Assembly: GCF_964355755.1 (NCBI RefSeq)
Contig: NC_092677.1
Span: forward strand, 16,824,101 to 16,888,100
Reading direction: 5' to 3'
From: Antedon mediterranea
Taxonomy: Eukaryota > Animalia > Echinodermata
DNA length: 64,000 nucleotides
Below, piece by piece: positions 39,901 through 52,700 of the stretch; position 1 is the stretch's first letter; the number at the start of each line of letters is the position of its first letter. Under the pieces are notes generated by a model that searched no databases, had not been told where the DNA came from, and saw only the letters and a program-made list of their open reading frames with translations. The translations under genes and the position numbers were made by a program.

Positions 39901-40930
39901 TGTTATTATTATCACAGATATCAAATGAAGTTTCAATTTTTCGTGGATTAATGGCCGATAGTTGTAAAAGAATAAAAGGAAATATTTTGCTTAATAAAAC
40001 AGTTTAATTTATTAATAAATAAGCCTAAGTTAATCGGGAGCGTATTTCTAAGATCCTGAGGCAACCTATCCCATGAGCGTTGAAACTGCTTAAACGTAGA
40101 ACATTTAGAATTGTCCTACCAAACTTGTGAACAAATCTTAGATCATTGTCACGTCTGAGGTTAAACTGAAGAAAATCAAAAATTTTAAAATTATATTTGT
40201 TATAGAGACATTTGGAAACAAAGAAAATCAAAAGGTAATTTATACGACCATCAAAGGACGGAAGACCAAGAACTCTAAGTCTCTGCTCATAAGACAGGGT
40301 GCCCCAGGATTTAGGTATACAAACCCTGGTCATGCGGCGTTGAACCTCTCTAATGATTCAATCTCTCCCTTTCGATACGGAAACCACGCCGGCATCCCAT
40401 ACTCCATAATAGGTCTAACAAGAGCATTAAAAAGCTTCGGGATAACGATGTGGTTTCATGATAAACCCCAGAAGCCTGGACGCCTTAGCCTTAACATTTG
40501 CGACATGGGTACCCATTCAAGCTTGTGTGTAAAGGTAATCCCAATATATTTAAAACACTCCACCCTCTCAATAACGTTCTCCCCAATTAGATAATTGATT
40601 GCACTGTTCTTAAGTTTGGCTGATCTAGTAAACCGTATGTGCTTACATTTAATAGGATTAAGCGGTAATTTATTAAGAACACTCCAATTATAAATTTCGT
40701 TTATGTCGTTCTGCAATGCAGCACTATCTTCGGTAGATCTTATTGCCCTGTAGACAGCTACATCGTCGGCATAAAGTAAAATATTCGATTCAATGGAGGA
40801 GGACAAGTCTAAAGTAAATACATTAAACAAAACCGGGCCTAGTACACTACCTTGTGGGACTCCCGAGGAGACAGGACAACTGTATGACAGGGCACCCCTA
40901 AACGCAACTCTTTGAGACCTACCCAATAAA
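39643..40930 (-). mobile_element. CR1-group LINE, 5'-truncated, reverse transcriptase fragment with frameshifts
   Basis: SGVPQGSVLGPVLF, LLYADD, LQNDIN..W...KLPLNPIKC, KYIGI, SYEQRLRVLGL. (TTTCA)n tail at 39643-39665 and an (ATT)n microsatellite at 39860-39912. Confidence 0.9.
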
Positions 40931-41394
40931 AAAAGAGTGTGTCATTCAGTATTAGTTACAACTACAACTGATTGTAAAAGTGGACATGTGATAATGAATG
41001 GTACAGTACTTTTTTCAGCCTTTTGAACAAAATGTTAATAATATTCTGAAATTCTATGTTGTCCAAAATCAACATGTAGTGTGCACTGTCTATAACTTTT
41101 ACTTCACGTACAAATTTGGAGCACGACATTGCCTTTTATAATGATGGAAGCAGCGGATTGAGTGTGCTTTAGAACAAATAATCACCCATGTACTTAACAC
41201 TCTTGTCAACAGTCAATAGTCTCCCTTTTCAACTCATAAACATTCATTGTTTTTAAACTAAAAGGGATTGTTCAGCGAGTACAGGTGGACCTGCAATCTG
41301 TAATACAGATTCTTTTTGGAGACAATCACACCAGGATGAAGAAAACCAGGGTGAAGACATAGCTTAATTGACGAAGGTAATACACTGTTAAATT

Positions 41395-44300
41395 TTAATA
41401 AGTCTTTCTTTTGTGTTGTAACCAAAGTCTTACAGGTAGCATGTGATTCCTTCTCTGTAATTTGGGATCAAATACATCAAAGTCCACTTTCTGTATTGCA
41501 GTGAGAAAGTCATGCATTGGAAGTGTTACTAAAAAGGCAGGTAAAGCTTCTTTGGGAACGTCCTTACGGAATGACCGTGCCTGGAATAAAATGAATACAC
41601 ATTGATAATATGAGAGATTATTATGTAAATTTACTACAATTATACTAGGAGGACATATGTTAAAAACAGAATAAGAAAGAAAATGGTACAGAACAATGAC
41701 GATACACTTCAGCTTCAGTTCTCTCCAATGATAGCATGCGAATAGAACAATTAGCAACGATAGAGAAATAAGATGATATAAAGGATGTAATGAAAAGGAC
41801 AATGATGAGGATATAAACAAAGATGATGATGACGACAATAACAAAAACAAGGAAAATTAATAAAAGGAAAAACTATGAGAACCATGATGTTAATGAAAAG
41901 TAAAGGAATAATAATGATGATAATAAAGAATGATGGTATAGACAATGATAATGATAAAGAAAATGACAAGGAAAAGGGTGATAGCAATTATGATAATGAA
42001 AATGATTAAAAGAAAGAACTATGGAAACAATGATAATAAGGAATAGATGATAGAGACAATAACGATGATGAGGATGATGATGATGATAAAGAATAGATGG
42101 TATATGATGATGATGATGATGATGATGAAGAAAATGATTAAAATGACAATGGAGAAGGATAATGAAACACAGTACAGTAGTTGAATTAAATAAAAAATTG
42201 GTAAAGGAGAATAAAGATAAAGAAAAGGAGTATGGTAACATTAACAAGGATGATGAGTTTATATACAGAACTTACAGTTTCAAGATGGGCGTTGGCTCTG
42301 CTTGCTATCTCAAACATTACATCTTTAGCAGGTTGTTCCATTTTACCTCTAATCAAATCTTCCTGTGAAACTTTATGCTGTAAAAAAAACATTGCTATTT
42401 ATCTATTTCAATTTTATTTAGAAAGAATAACCTTTCCAACTGAACCCACAGGCTGACATCCAGCAGTAGGCCTACTATTACTATGTCAAGAGATAGGTAT
42501 AGATGGTTTATGTAGAATTTTGTCAAGGCGCTGTGGGTGTTACAGTACAGTAACTGTATTGTCAATGAATCATAATGATTGGTTCCAACTAGAGGCACAA
42601 CACAAGGTTGTAAGTGCAACATAAATTATTTTACCAATCACAAGTGATGGATTTTGTCATAAATTTTCCTGTGTTGTGTCTACCAAGCTTAAACAGGCAC
42701 CATACAATTCACCAATACACTTTTGATTTGATAACCAAAGAAAGTTTTGAATAATATAAAACATATTTTTAGGGTCCTGCGTGGAACTCTAGTATGGTGT
42801 AACCTCTGCTTGTCATAAACCTGACTGTGAACTCAGGGCATATTGTTTAAACCATGGAACAAGTGTATAAACCTGTGCCGACAATGTTACTATGAAGTTT
42901 TGACATCCTTGCCTTAACCACTCAGAAATCAACTTGAAATTAACCTTTTTCCTTATACCACAACATCTAGCCACTTTTATGAAAAATATAAAAAATGCAT
43001 TAACTGCACTGTCATGAGTCATATTTGTGGGTAGGAACAAATAGAACAACACTAGGCTTCTTTTTTTTTATTCTAATTTAAACAGAACATAAACTAACCT
43101 TGCTTGTTATCTCCATTGGTAGAAGTACATTTCGTCTCTGTGCATGAAATGGTACAGAACGTAACAACGTGACAAGGCCTTGGGCACGTCCTATATGGCT
43201 TGCAGCATGATCTGCATGTAGATCTTGGACACCTAAAGGTAACAATAAATTTAAATTATGTTAATACTGTAAACATAATTATTAGAATGTTTTTTGATAG
43301 ATTGTTGCTAGTCCAATATTATATAAATATTGATTTTCAGATCAAATGAGTAAGAATAAGGTAAGGTAAGAAATATGCTTGTTGGAAAAACAATAGTGTT
43401 CATAGCAAATCGCATCAATCGATTGTAGGGGTGTATATAAAACAAATAATGAATGTTTTGTATTATTCATGAAATATTCTCTACCATCCAACTCTTGGAC
43501 ATATAATTAATAGAACGTTTTTTGATAGAATGTTGCTAGTCCAATATTATATAAATATTTATTTTCAGATCAAATAAGGTAAAAAACCTAAACATGTATG
43601 TTTTTTTTAATTTTATAATCCAATTAAGATATTATAATTAAAATATGTAAATTTATTATAAAAAACTTACTTACCTAATGATTCTAGTATAAGGTAAAGA
43701 ATACTTGATGATGTGTTTTCTGCATGTTCCTCTGCTGACTCCAGTGTTTGAAATGGCCTATCATCAATTGTTTCTTCCTTTATACATAATTTATAAATGA
43801 AAATTGATATTACTATATATTATATTTTGGCTGCAATGTTTGTTTTCTGCTAATCTTGTTTTGATTGCTTTTTATAGACATTTTTATGCTTTTGTTTTTA
43901 TTTCTTATGAAAGAGTATGTTAAATTGTTGTAATGGCCTTTATCAACATCCTCGATTTATGGATTCCTATTTGCCTTGAATTATTTTGTATGTTTTATGC
44001 TTAATATTTGAAAGAAAATAAAGATAATGAGATGCATATATTTTTTCTATTATTTTCTATTTTAGATATTTATTTAGGCCTACTGTATAGTACATTAAAT
44101 TGCATTAACTTAGAAAAAAGACAATTTGGAAATTAGATTGCTTCTGTACTTGGTCTAAAAATAAGTAAATGTATTGTACTAAACTTTCTAAATATATTTT
44201 GAATGAATTTATTATATAGATTTACCTTGTTTTTTTTTGTACGTATATTCTATAATCAAACCATCATTGTTGCTTTGCACTGTTTGTTGTGAATGAAGAA

Positions 44301-46551
44301 ACATTTAGGCATAAATAAACAACTTACCCTGGCTTCTAACACTCTATTAAACCACCTCTTTGACAGTTTATGTGATTCAACAGCCCTGCTCAGTTCAATG
44401 GCAATTGGATGGTTTGGTGGTCTAGACTGAAAGAAGAATATAGTAGGTTTTTAAAATGTTATTTTAATCTGTATATTATACATGCCCCTAGGAGAGGTGA
44501 CTGGGATTGGAAAGTCAGACTACAACTAGGGCCTGTTAGGCCTACTGAAGGAAGCCTGACCTACTGAAAGAAGCCTAGCCTACTGTACCTGTATCTACAA
44601 ATTGTGCAGCATACTTTTTCTACATTATCACAAATTGTGATCATATATGGACATGATGATGTCATATTACTATTACATGTCGCAATTTTTTTGTCAATCA
44701 ACTTTGTGCAGACAGAAGATTCTTTTCTTGTTTAGTTAAATAATGATAATTTGAATGGTTAACCCACTATTGCAGGAAAGTACATCAATGAATGCTCTCA
44801 CAGCGTCGCTATTAATAATAAGAAGCTTTTGATTTGTGGCGATCGGTGACCAATGACCAAAGTATGTCATGTTTATTCACTCATGCAGGGATATTGGAAA
44901 ATGTTTCCTCACTTCCCATCTCGACACAGTTTTGTGTCAAGGTGATGACCATCGATTGACCTGACCTAACATTATTTGTAGGCTGGTTCCACAATATGTT
45001 TCTTCTGACACAGTAGTAATACTCCTGCACACAAACAATTATTTTAGTTTTTTATCTTTATGCAACATCATCTGTAGTCATACTTTATATATATTCTCTA
45101 TGCTATCTTTCCAGAAACGAAACCGCATTTGTCCAATTGTTTTTTCTGAAACACTGTCTTTAATTCCTGCTATCTCTGCATTAAATGCCCTCACAGCTAC
45201 CGCTGATGCTAGTGCTTGATGTGGCAGTTGGAGCAAACATAAAAAGTTCTCATAGTCATGCTTTCTGGAAAAAAACAATTATTTAAAATTGTTTAATTCA
45301 AATTAAGTAGTTTAGAGTCAACTGTTGTCATGTTATAATAATGCACTAATAATAATTATATAACACCTATATAAATTCCTGTCATTTGATTGGACGAATG
45401 TGGGTCACATGGCGTGCAATAGTACGCACTATTCAACGATCGTTAAATAGTACTTTTTGAAACATTTTTGTTTGTTATTTAGATGTTATATAAAACAAAT
45501 AATGAATGTTTTGTATTCGTGTAATGGTACAAATAATGGCACTTGGTGAATGATGAAAGGTTATATCAACTCGGCTTTGCCTCGTTGATATAACCTTTCA
45601 TCATTCACCTCGTGCCATTATTTGTACCATTGCACTCATAAACATTCATTATTTGTATACTATACAACCCCCGGGAGAGGTGCGTCCTTTGTCCGATGTG
45701 CATCCATACCTTATGAATATCACGACTCACCTGTGCGTCAAAAATATAAATTACCTTAGGTGACATGACCATGGTGCACCCATTTTGACACACTGTGACA
45801 ATGTTGTTTATGATATGGTGGGTGGTAAAGTGATGGACATTGATACACTATTGTTCGTTGATGTGACGTACCATTTAGGTTTTTTGATGCACCCCTGCGT
45901 CAATAATGTTGTAAATGACGCACCCATGACGCACCTCTCCCGCAGGGGTCATATATACAATTGACAAGTACATATATAATAAAATTTAAAATAATACAAT
46001 TTTAGGCCTAATAATTAAAAAAATTTGGATGACGATTACTTACATCATGGAGCTTTACTCCATGCTTACATTTAAACAATTTTTTCAACAAAAAAAGGTA
46101 TTTGTTATTTTGTGATTGTTTATTATTTAATTTATTATTTATAAATCAGGCTATAATATCTATATAGGCCTATTTAAAATTAAATGGAAAGCTACATACA
46201 GAAAAATACTTTTAAAAAGTTTCACAAAAAAAAAATTATCTTTTAAAAACCAGGTTTCGATGAAGTGTGGGTTAAAATAACAATGGACGAAACGACTCTC
46301 TAAGCATTCTACCGGCGGAATCGATTTGATTCTACAACTAAAAACTCCAAATGATACAACGGGAGTACGGCCTAGAAATATTAATTGGAGTAATTATTAA
46401 TAATTTCCTACCTTAGTATGTTGAGACAATAATTATGACTTTCTGATGAAATTTTGCGTTTGCATTTATTCATAACACCGGTAAAAACATAACAAATACG
46501 TTTTGTCCAGGGGCCCGGTCGAACTCTGAACGTTCTTATGGAGGCGGCCAT
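41395..46551 (-). CDS. NDUFAF6: NADH:ubiquinone oxidoreductase complex assembly factor 6 (squalene/phytoene synthase-like fold); 314 aa
   Basis: Exons (-): 46412-46551, 45084-45264, 44328-44426, 43675-43777, 43099-43232, 42276-42377, 41395-41580 (945 nt, in phase). Basic presequence. Motifs [48 protein letters not shown]. Confidence 0.93.
41690..42260. repeat. Degenerate (GAT/AAT)n purine-rich low-complexity tract in the last NDUFAF6 intron
   Basis: Triplet-periodic gat/aat/aag runs, which generate spurious poly-His and poly-Ile ORFs. Confidence 0.85.
45355..45662 (+). mobile_element. Long-hairpin non-autonomous repeat (subfamily A; possibly Crypton-like)
   Basis: Head ataacacc..aattcctgtcatttgattgg, then a ~165-bp near-perfect palindrome (45494-45657) with central ctcggctttgcctcg. 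The same family occurs at 56740-57305. Confidence 0.7.
45668..45948. mobile_element. MITE with CCC termini (CMC/EnSpm-like)
   Basis: TIRs ccc-cgggagaggtgcgtc / gacgcacctctcccg-caggg, with internal gacgcac/gtgcgtc repeats. Confidence 0.6.
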
Positions 46552-46775
46552 TATTTTTACCTTTGACACGCTAATCTATTTACACGACGGCGAGATGTGA
46601 TGAGAGGAGGCGGCGGCCAGCTCATACCTGTGTTTAAAAAAAATATTCGAAACCCGACCGTCGTGTAAATAACCTTACCTATTATTTATATTCACGAACT
46701 CTTCGCGTGATTTCCATGAAAATAAATAGTCAAAAATCAAGTCACCTCTAAATAAAGTGTTCTTACACTCTAAAA
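46552..46775. promoter_or_regulatory. Compact bidirectional promoter shared by NDUFAF6 and GOT2
   Basis: 224 bp between divergent ATGs (46551 and 46776), CpG-enriched. 14-bp perfect inverted repeat at 46577-46590/46658-46671. YY1-like ATGGCCGCC overlaps the NDUFAF6 start. Confidence 0.75.
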
Positions 46776-49700
46776 ATGGCACTGTCCTGCGCTGGAAATA
46801 TTCTTAAAGATAACATGATGAGATGCGTTCCTATTGCATCTAGAGCAAGGTAGGTTTATGTGATATTATTAAAGTTTTGTTAAGTTAAGTTCAATGCTAG
46901 CTAGGCTAGGCTAGGCCAGCAGCAGCATGCACTGACTGTGCAGAGAGAGACAGCATGGCCGGTCCAGGCCAGCAGCAGGGCAAGAAGGAGCAAAGTTCCC
47001 ATCTCACCATCCTCCTCTTAGACATAGGCCTAGTCAATATATTGTGTGCATTATTGTTGTTTTTTGATTTAATGATAATATTCTTGACATAAAATGAATA
47101 TGATTATGAATTAAAACATTTTTGTTTTAATGAAGTTCTTGGTGGTCAGGAGTAGAAATGGGTCCACCAGATGCCATCCTTGGCGTGACAGAAGCCTTCA
47201 AGAAAGACAGCAATCCACAAAAGATGAACCTTGGTGTCGGTGCTTACAGGTCTGATGAAGGCAAACCCTTCGTCCTTCCTAGTGTCCGAAAGGTAACTTT
47301 TTAAAATAAGAATTGTTATTGCAGCTGACATAGTGTATTAATAAGAATAAGATCCAACACCCCTGACTTTGGGAATCTCCTTATACTTCCTTACTGTACC
47401 ATGAAAGAAAAATTATATTAACCATTATTTATTCTTTTTTCTTTCTCTTTTAATAGGCTGAGGAGATAATGATGGCAGCCAATCACGACAAAGAATACTT
47501 GCCAATCACTGGACTAGCAGATTTTACAAAAGCAGCGGCCGCTCTGGCCTTCGGAGAGAACAGTGAAGCAATTTCAAACAAGCTGGTAAATCTTTACCTA
47601 TAATATTTTGCACTGTAACCAATGAATGTGTTATTGCTGGGGGAAACCCAGCTCCAAGGGCTTTCACAAAAGGTTATTATTAATAAGACCTTTCATGAGC
47701 GTAATTTCAACAAAGCACCTACTGTACCCAAAAAACTTCTGAGTACCAAAGTAAATAAATACTTTTTTTTTACTTGCTAAAATAACTTGTTAAAATGGAT
47801 ATGAAAGGGTTTCTAGCAATATCATTTTATTGATCAATCAGTTTTATTTAAGCTTGCCATAGTCGTATAATGTTGTGGACGACGACAACCCCTCAAAACC
47901 TCCCTATACTAATAGGGAACGTAGGAAAATCTTTTCTAGCTACTGTAAGTGTCGGGTAAATCCATAGCTGGTCAAATTTACACAGGAAAAAATGGCATAA
48001 TGATTAATAAAATTAAATTTATAAAATAATTATATAATTTTAGATTTTATGAAAACATTACCTTTGTAGAATATTACATCTCAAGCAATATCAGGTACTG
48101 GAGCTCTTCGTGTTGGTGCCAACTTTCTTCAGAGGTACTTCCCTGACAATAAACAAGTCTTCCTACCAACTCCCTCATGGGGCAATCATACACCAATTTT
48201 CACGTAAGTAAGAGATTCATGTCAAAATTATTCTACTGTATAGTTACTGCAGTAACTATATTTTTTACTGCAATAACGTATGATTTTAGTTTGTATAAGT
48301 TTATGATGCAGTTTCTGATTTTAAAATTTAAAAAAAGCTTGCTAAATAATTGCATAAACAGGTTTAAAGAGTAACAATAGGTACTGTAGTTACTGCAGTA
48401 ACTGCAGTAAAATAATTTGTCATGGTCTCTAAGAAGATACTAGTTAGCTACTGATATTATGTATGTTGATTTCCAAAAATGTAATTTATAATTGAAGGCA
48501 AATTACTTTATTTTTAGCCATGCTGGTTTACAACTTGGTGCCTATCGCTATTATGATAAGAACACATGTGGATTTGATAAAGCTGGATGCCTTGAAGATA
48601 TATCAGTAAGAAAACAATTTCAATACCGTGTTTTGACAGTGAAAAATCTGATGTATTAATATGGACATGATGGTGTCATTACTACCATATTTGGGCATAT
48701 CACTACCATATTTGGGCATATCACTACCATATTTGGGCACATCACACTTTTTTGTTTAAAAATTGTGATAGTGTAGACAAAGCTTTAGAGGGGTTGAAAC
48801 AAAAGCATCCAAACGATAATGATGGGTTTTTAAAATTGTTTTCATTAACTGGCTAGATATTTAAAAAAAACATTTTTAGGACAATGATTATTTATGATAA
48901 ATTTACAATTTATTTTTATTTTTTCATTTCCTAAAATGGCACTTTCTTTAATATGGGAGAGGTGCAAAACATATACATTAACAGCTATTTATGAGGTAGT
49001 ATTTTTAAAAATAGTGACTGCTGTTTAATTTTGTTTTGGTTTGCACTATACACACTGTCAATCCATTCAAATTACAAATTATTATCTTCTTATTTTTCAG
49101 AAAATCCCAGAGGGCTCAGTTATTTTGCTGCATGCTTGCGCCCATAACCCAACAGGTGTCGACCCAAAGGTAGGATTTATTTTGCTGTAAAGAGAGTATG
49201 GTAGAGCTTTTTGAAGAGCTCTTTTTAACTAAAAAATGGGAAATTTTAGGTTTAATGAACAAAATATTATGTGAAACCTCTAAAAAAACGGTGAATATTA
49301 TTGAATTGTTGTCATGTTTTTATTTGTTTTTTTTTTAGCAAAAGATATTTAGAGAGAATTATAATTAATAATGTCAATATTGTAGATAGTGATATGTCTG
49401 GTGGTATAATTATTCCAATGAGCAGTGGCCTAACGCAGAAGCCTGAGTCCCCTGGTTTAGGAACTCTAAGTTTCCTCTGGGCACTGCTTGTGGACCCTCA
49501 TAAACTCTGGGTTTCCTGGGTTTAGCCACTGAGCACTCATAGCCGTTACGCCACTGTCGATGAGATCTGTTTTACATACATCTATTTATTTTAAACAATT
49601 AAAATGTTCATATTTATTCTTTGTTATTTTAGCCTGAAGACTGGAAAGAATTGAGCCAATTGGTTAAGGTAAAAAAATGCAAAATAGATTTTAAAATGTG

Positions 49701-52700
49701 TTTAATTGTTCTCAGTGTAATTGGAAACTGGTACAATTTGTAATTATGCTAAATATAGATGGTGAAAGCCACACAGTGTAACCTACTGCATGAGTGAGTA
49801 AGTGGCCGAATGGTTAAGACAGTGGAACTGTAATATGTAGCCATAACATAGGCAAGGGTTTGAAGCTCCATGGTTCTGGTTGTAGAACAAGTCTGCTCGG
49901 ATAAGGACTATAAATTGTAGGATTATGCAATGAGAATAATGCATTTTGGTGGCACAGTCAGATTTCAATTCATTCCTTACTATTGTGCCCTATGAGGTAT
50001 TTCATTAACAATATACAATTTTTACTTGTTGCTGTTATAGTCTATGAAGACAAAATTGTTTTTGATATTTTAATTTATATTTTACAGAGCAAGAAACTGT
50101 TCCCATTTTTTGACATGGCGTATCAAGGGTTTGCTAGTGGTGACATTGACAGAGATGCTCAAGCTGTCAGGCAGTTTCTAAAAGATGGACATCAGATAAT
50201 GTTGGCCCAGTCATTCTCAAAGAACATGGGATTATATGGTACAAATAATCAGGGCTTTCTAATAGCGCTATCCCAGCATACATTATATAGAAATCACAAC
50301 TACAATCAATGGGTTAACAGAAAAATTACCACTGTACTTACCATGCTTGTGTCATTAAAAAAAGATCTGCACAAAGATTATTTTACTCATTGTGTAGAGA
50401 GGGAGGGGAGCAGGATACAAAAATAACATGTGGGATATTTAATTAATGTTTATGAGTTGGATGGTGAGAATATTTCATGAGTTTAAAAATTGACTGTACC
50501 GAGGCGAAGCCGATTTGAAAATAGAGCAGACATTCATTTTGTTTTATAACACACCTACTTTTATTCAATTTATCCATTATAAATCGTGCTAGGCCGGGAA
50601 GCTAGGCCATTAAAAAGACAGTGATTTCCAAACGCAATCATTCAACAGCATCATGTGTCAAAAATTCTCAAAATGTTGACAGAAATCAAATAGAGTTACC
50701 ATTAGATATCACTTTTCTGTTAGGTAGGTCTAATTTCAAATGACACATGATGCGTAATTAACCAATCAAATTGAAAGAATACAATCAGGTGTGTTATAAA
50801 ACAGCAATCTAAAATATTCAATAAAACCTTGTTTGCATCGTTCAAAACAGTTGAGCCACCGCACGGTAAAATATTGTGAATAAGACACAATAGAATATTA
50901 ATAGTATAATAATGCTAATTAGCAATATGGAATTTCTTGCAATATGAATTAAATGTTTGCAGTTACGAATAATTTATATTTATCATTTGGTTGTTATTCA
51001 TTCCTGTATGGAGGATACCAATTGTATGCACAATTCACTCTATTAAGAGATTTAATGTTATTGTATGTAAAGTTCTGAATGCATTTATTCTCCAATGGTC
51101 ATATTCACCAACCTCACACATGAGATATTTTCTTTAAATACTAAATATTTAACTTAGTAATAGATAAGAGAATTTTTATTGTTTTGCTTTTGATTTAAAA
51201 ATACTTTTTAAATTTCACAGGTGAGCGAGCCGGAGCATTTACAATAGTCTGCGAATCAGAAGAAGAAATGAAACGTGTCGAGTCGCAAGTCAAAATCACA
51301 ATTCGTCCGTTATACTCGAACCCCCCAATCCATGGAGCTCGTATTGCAGCAACCATACTCAACACACCTGATCTCCGAACACAATGGTAAAAATACTTGT
51401 CATTCAATCTCAATCCCATTGAACTACTGACTATGGGGCTTATGCTGCACCCAGATTGGTACATTATTATTAGGTGATCATTTAGAATAAAATGATCACC
51501 TATTGTTATTGTATGAAATCTTTATTCTTATTCTTATTATTTATTTCTCTCTGTACAGATTTTGTGTAACAAATATCTCAAAAAGTTTAATGTTAATGAT
51601 TACCAAAATTTTACAATGTCTTTCAAATACTGTAACTTAGTCCTAATAAGCTTTTCAGCGTGATCACTCATCCATGACGTCGCGTATACGCCATTTTGTG
51701 AAATCACATTGTCAATCATATCTCCATAATTCATTATCACATATTAATGAAATTCACTACACGTAAACTTCAGGTCAAAGGTAAAAGTATTAGCAAATAA
51801 AAAATTGCGTGTTTCAAGGTCATGCGCGTGAAATCGCGCATTAAAATTTTAAAAAGCTCAAATTTAAGTTTTGATCAATTTAGAGCATGAAATAGGCCAT
51901 TTGCGTGTTTCAAAAAATTACTGCGCAAAAACACATTTTTGCGCACGCGATTTTTAAAAAGGGTAAAAAATAAAATTTGATGTATACATCATATTCTACT
52001 CACAATCCTTAGTACATTCTCCGACTTTGAGTCCATTCCGACTTAAAATAATGCTATACGAGCACGTTAAAAATGACAAAATGCGCACATTAATTGTACA
52101 AAAGTGCTAAAAATGGTAAAAAATAAGGCCTTTTTAAAATGAACATAACTCTTCAGAATGGCAGGTGACCCCCAATTTTTTTAACTTATTATGGAAGCCA
52201 ATAAGTTGTAGATATAAATATATATACATATTAGACGTACAAAATGGTATGACGTCATGAAATGGCCACTTGAATTTAAAAATTAGTAATTTTTATCTTT
52301 TTGTGTGGGTTATCACATTCAATAGAGCGCATCTCCGTTATTTGAGCCCGATTTTCGCACAAATTTTAGTATGTGCTTGCTCAATTAATTATCTTTCTCG
52401 TGAGTTGTCAACATTTTATTGTGATGACGTCATCATGCGTAAAAACTTGAATAACCTAGGTCGTGTAATTTAAGCTACACCATACATTTGAATATCTTAT
52501 AGCTCCTCAGAATTAAAGGTGACCTTGAAGATTATAATTTATTATGAAAGCTGATGAAATGTAGATATGAATTCATATCAAAATTAAGCCTATCGAATGT
52601 TGTGATGATATCATATGGCCAGTTGAAGTTAAAAAGTAGTTTTTAAATTTCTTTAGTCAAAGTTATACAAATTTCAAAGAGCGCGCATTGCGCTTCTACG

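Noticed and set aside
41751-42247. Poly-His and hydrophobic ORFs
   Set aside because: Translation of a low-complexity (GAT)n tract inside an NDUFAF6 intron.
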